Both the position numbers and the translations under genes were made by a program. Below the pieces are notes generated by a model. That model worked only from the letters and a program-made list of their open reading frames with translations. It searched no databases and was not told the origin of the DNA. Of a stretch of 32,000 bases of DNA, positions 28,622 to 32,000 are shown one piece after another. Source of the stretch: Bacillus subtilis subsp. subtilis str. 168 (GTDB lineage: Bacteria; Bacillota; Bacilli; Bacillales; Bacillaceae); NCBI RefSeq assembly GCF_000009045.1, contig NC_000964.3:690001-722000 (forward strand), in the 5' to 3' direction. Every line of letters begins with the position of its first letter. Within the stretch, counting starts at the first letter, position 1.

Positions 28622-29308
28622 GTGTACGATGTAACGGAGTGGAAGCATGTCTTTAAACTCGATCCAAATAAAGATTTGCCTGACGAACAGCTGGAGATTC
28701 TTTGCGAATCAGGAACGGATGCGGTCATTATCGGAGGAAGCGATGGTGTGACAGAGGATAATGTCCTGCGGATGATGTCTAAGGTAAGACGGTTTTTGGT
28801 GCCGTGTGTCCTAGAGGTATCAGCGATTGAAGCGATTGTTCCCGGCTTTGACTTATATTTTATTCCGAGTGTATTAAACAGCAAAAACGCGGATTGGATT
28901 GTCGGAATGCACCAGAAAGCCATGAAGGAATACGGAGAACTGATGTCTATGGAAGAAATCGTGGCGGAGGGCTACTGCATCGCAAATCCAGATTGCAAAG
29001 CCGCGGCACTGACTGAAGCGGACGCCGATCTGAATATGGATGATATTGTCGCCTATGCGCGTGTGTCGGAGCTGCTGCAACTGCCGATTTTTTATTTAGA
29101 ATACAGCGGCGTGCTTGGAGACATAGAAGCTGTCAAGAAAACGAAGGCTGTATTGGAAACGTCCACCTTGTTTTACGGCGGCGGCATCAAGGATGCGGAA
29201 ACGGCCAAGCAGTACGCAGAGCATGCGGACGTGATCGTTGTAGGCAATGCGGTGTATGAAGATTTTGACAGGGCTTTGAAAACAGTAGCGGCTGTGAAAG
29301 GCGAGTAG
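28622..29308 (+). CDS. pcrB: Heptaprenylglyceryl phosphate synthase (GGGP-synthase family, TIM barrel)
   Basis: 228 aa with a GTG start and SD GGAGG 28606-28610. The N-terminus WKHVFKLDP and the motif FYGGGI are typical of the PcrB/GGGPS family. Confidence 0.93.
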   Translation: MYDVTEWKHVFKLDPNKDLPDEQLEILCESGTDAVIIGGSDGVTEDNVLRMMSKVRRFLVPCVLEVSAIEAIVPGFDLYFIPSVLNSKNADWIVGMHQKAMKEYGELMSMEEIVAEGYCIANPDCKAAALTEADADLNMDDIVAYARVSELLQLPIFYLEYSGVLGDIEAVKKTKAVLETSTLFYGGGIKDAETAKQYAEHADVIVVGNAVYEDFDRALKTVAAVKGE

Positions 29309-29369
29309 TAAATTGTACGGATTTGGTTTATGATAGAACGTATGTTTTGTATAGGCGGGTGAACAAATT

Positions 29370-32000
<2,631 letters not shown>

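Noticed and set aside
28495-28923. 142-aa reverse-strand ORF spanning the pcrB promoter and the 5' end of the pcrB coding region.
   Set aside because: It overlaps the conserved N-terminus of pcrB in antisense and has no recognisable SD or domain. The yerD-pcrB spacer is better explained as divergent promoter DNA.

Overview
From gene content and order I recognise this window as a Bacillus subtilis 168-type chromosome segment. I could not run an alignment to confirm that. The order is yeaD' - yebA - guaA - pbuG - yebC - yebD - yebE - yebG - purEKBCSQLFMNHD - yezC(-) - yecA - yezD(-) - yerA - yerB - yerC - yerD(-) - pcrB - pcrA - ligA'. It is core, mostly purine-metabolism DNA. About 13 kb is the 12-gene de novo purine operon, and guaA and pbuG lie upstream of it. 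I found no tRNA or rRNA genes, CRISPR arrays, IS or transposon ends, integrases, prophage genes or obvious defence-island content. All expected ORFs are intact. Two canonical guanine (G-box) riboswitches, each preceded by an inverted PurBox pair (PurR operator), are directly readable upstream of pbuG and purE. I do not see a convincing large novel system. The most interesting unexplained signal is upstream of guaA: a near-consensus sigma-A promoter, a structured leader and an intrinsic terminator that is not a G-box. Secondary items are structured elements in the two real intercistronic gaps of the pur operon, and several conserved but functionally uncharacterised modules. These are the yeaD-yebA DUF58/transglutaminase pair, yebCDEG, the yezC/yecA divergent pair, yerABC, and the membrane-anchored glutamate-synthase-like YerD. 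Several ORF-track starts are 5'-extended. I moved them to starts with proper Shine-Dalgarno spacing.
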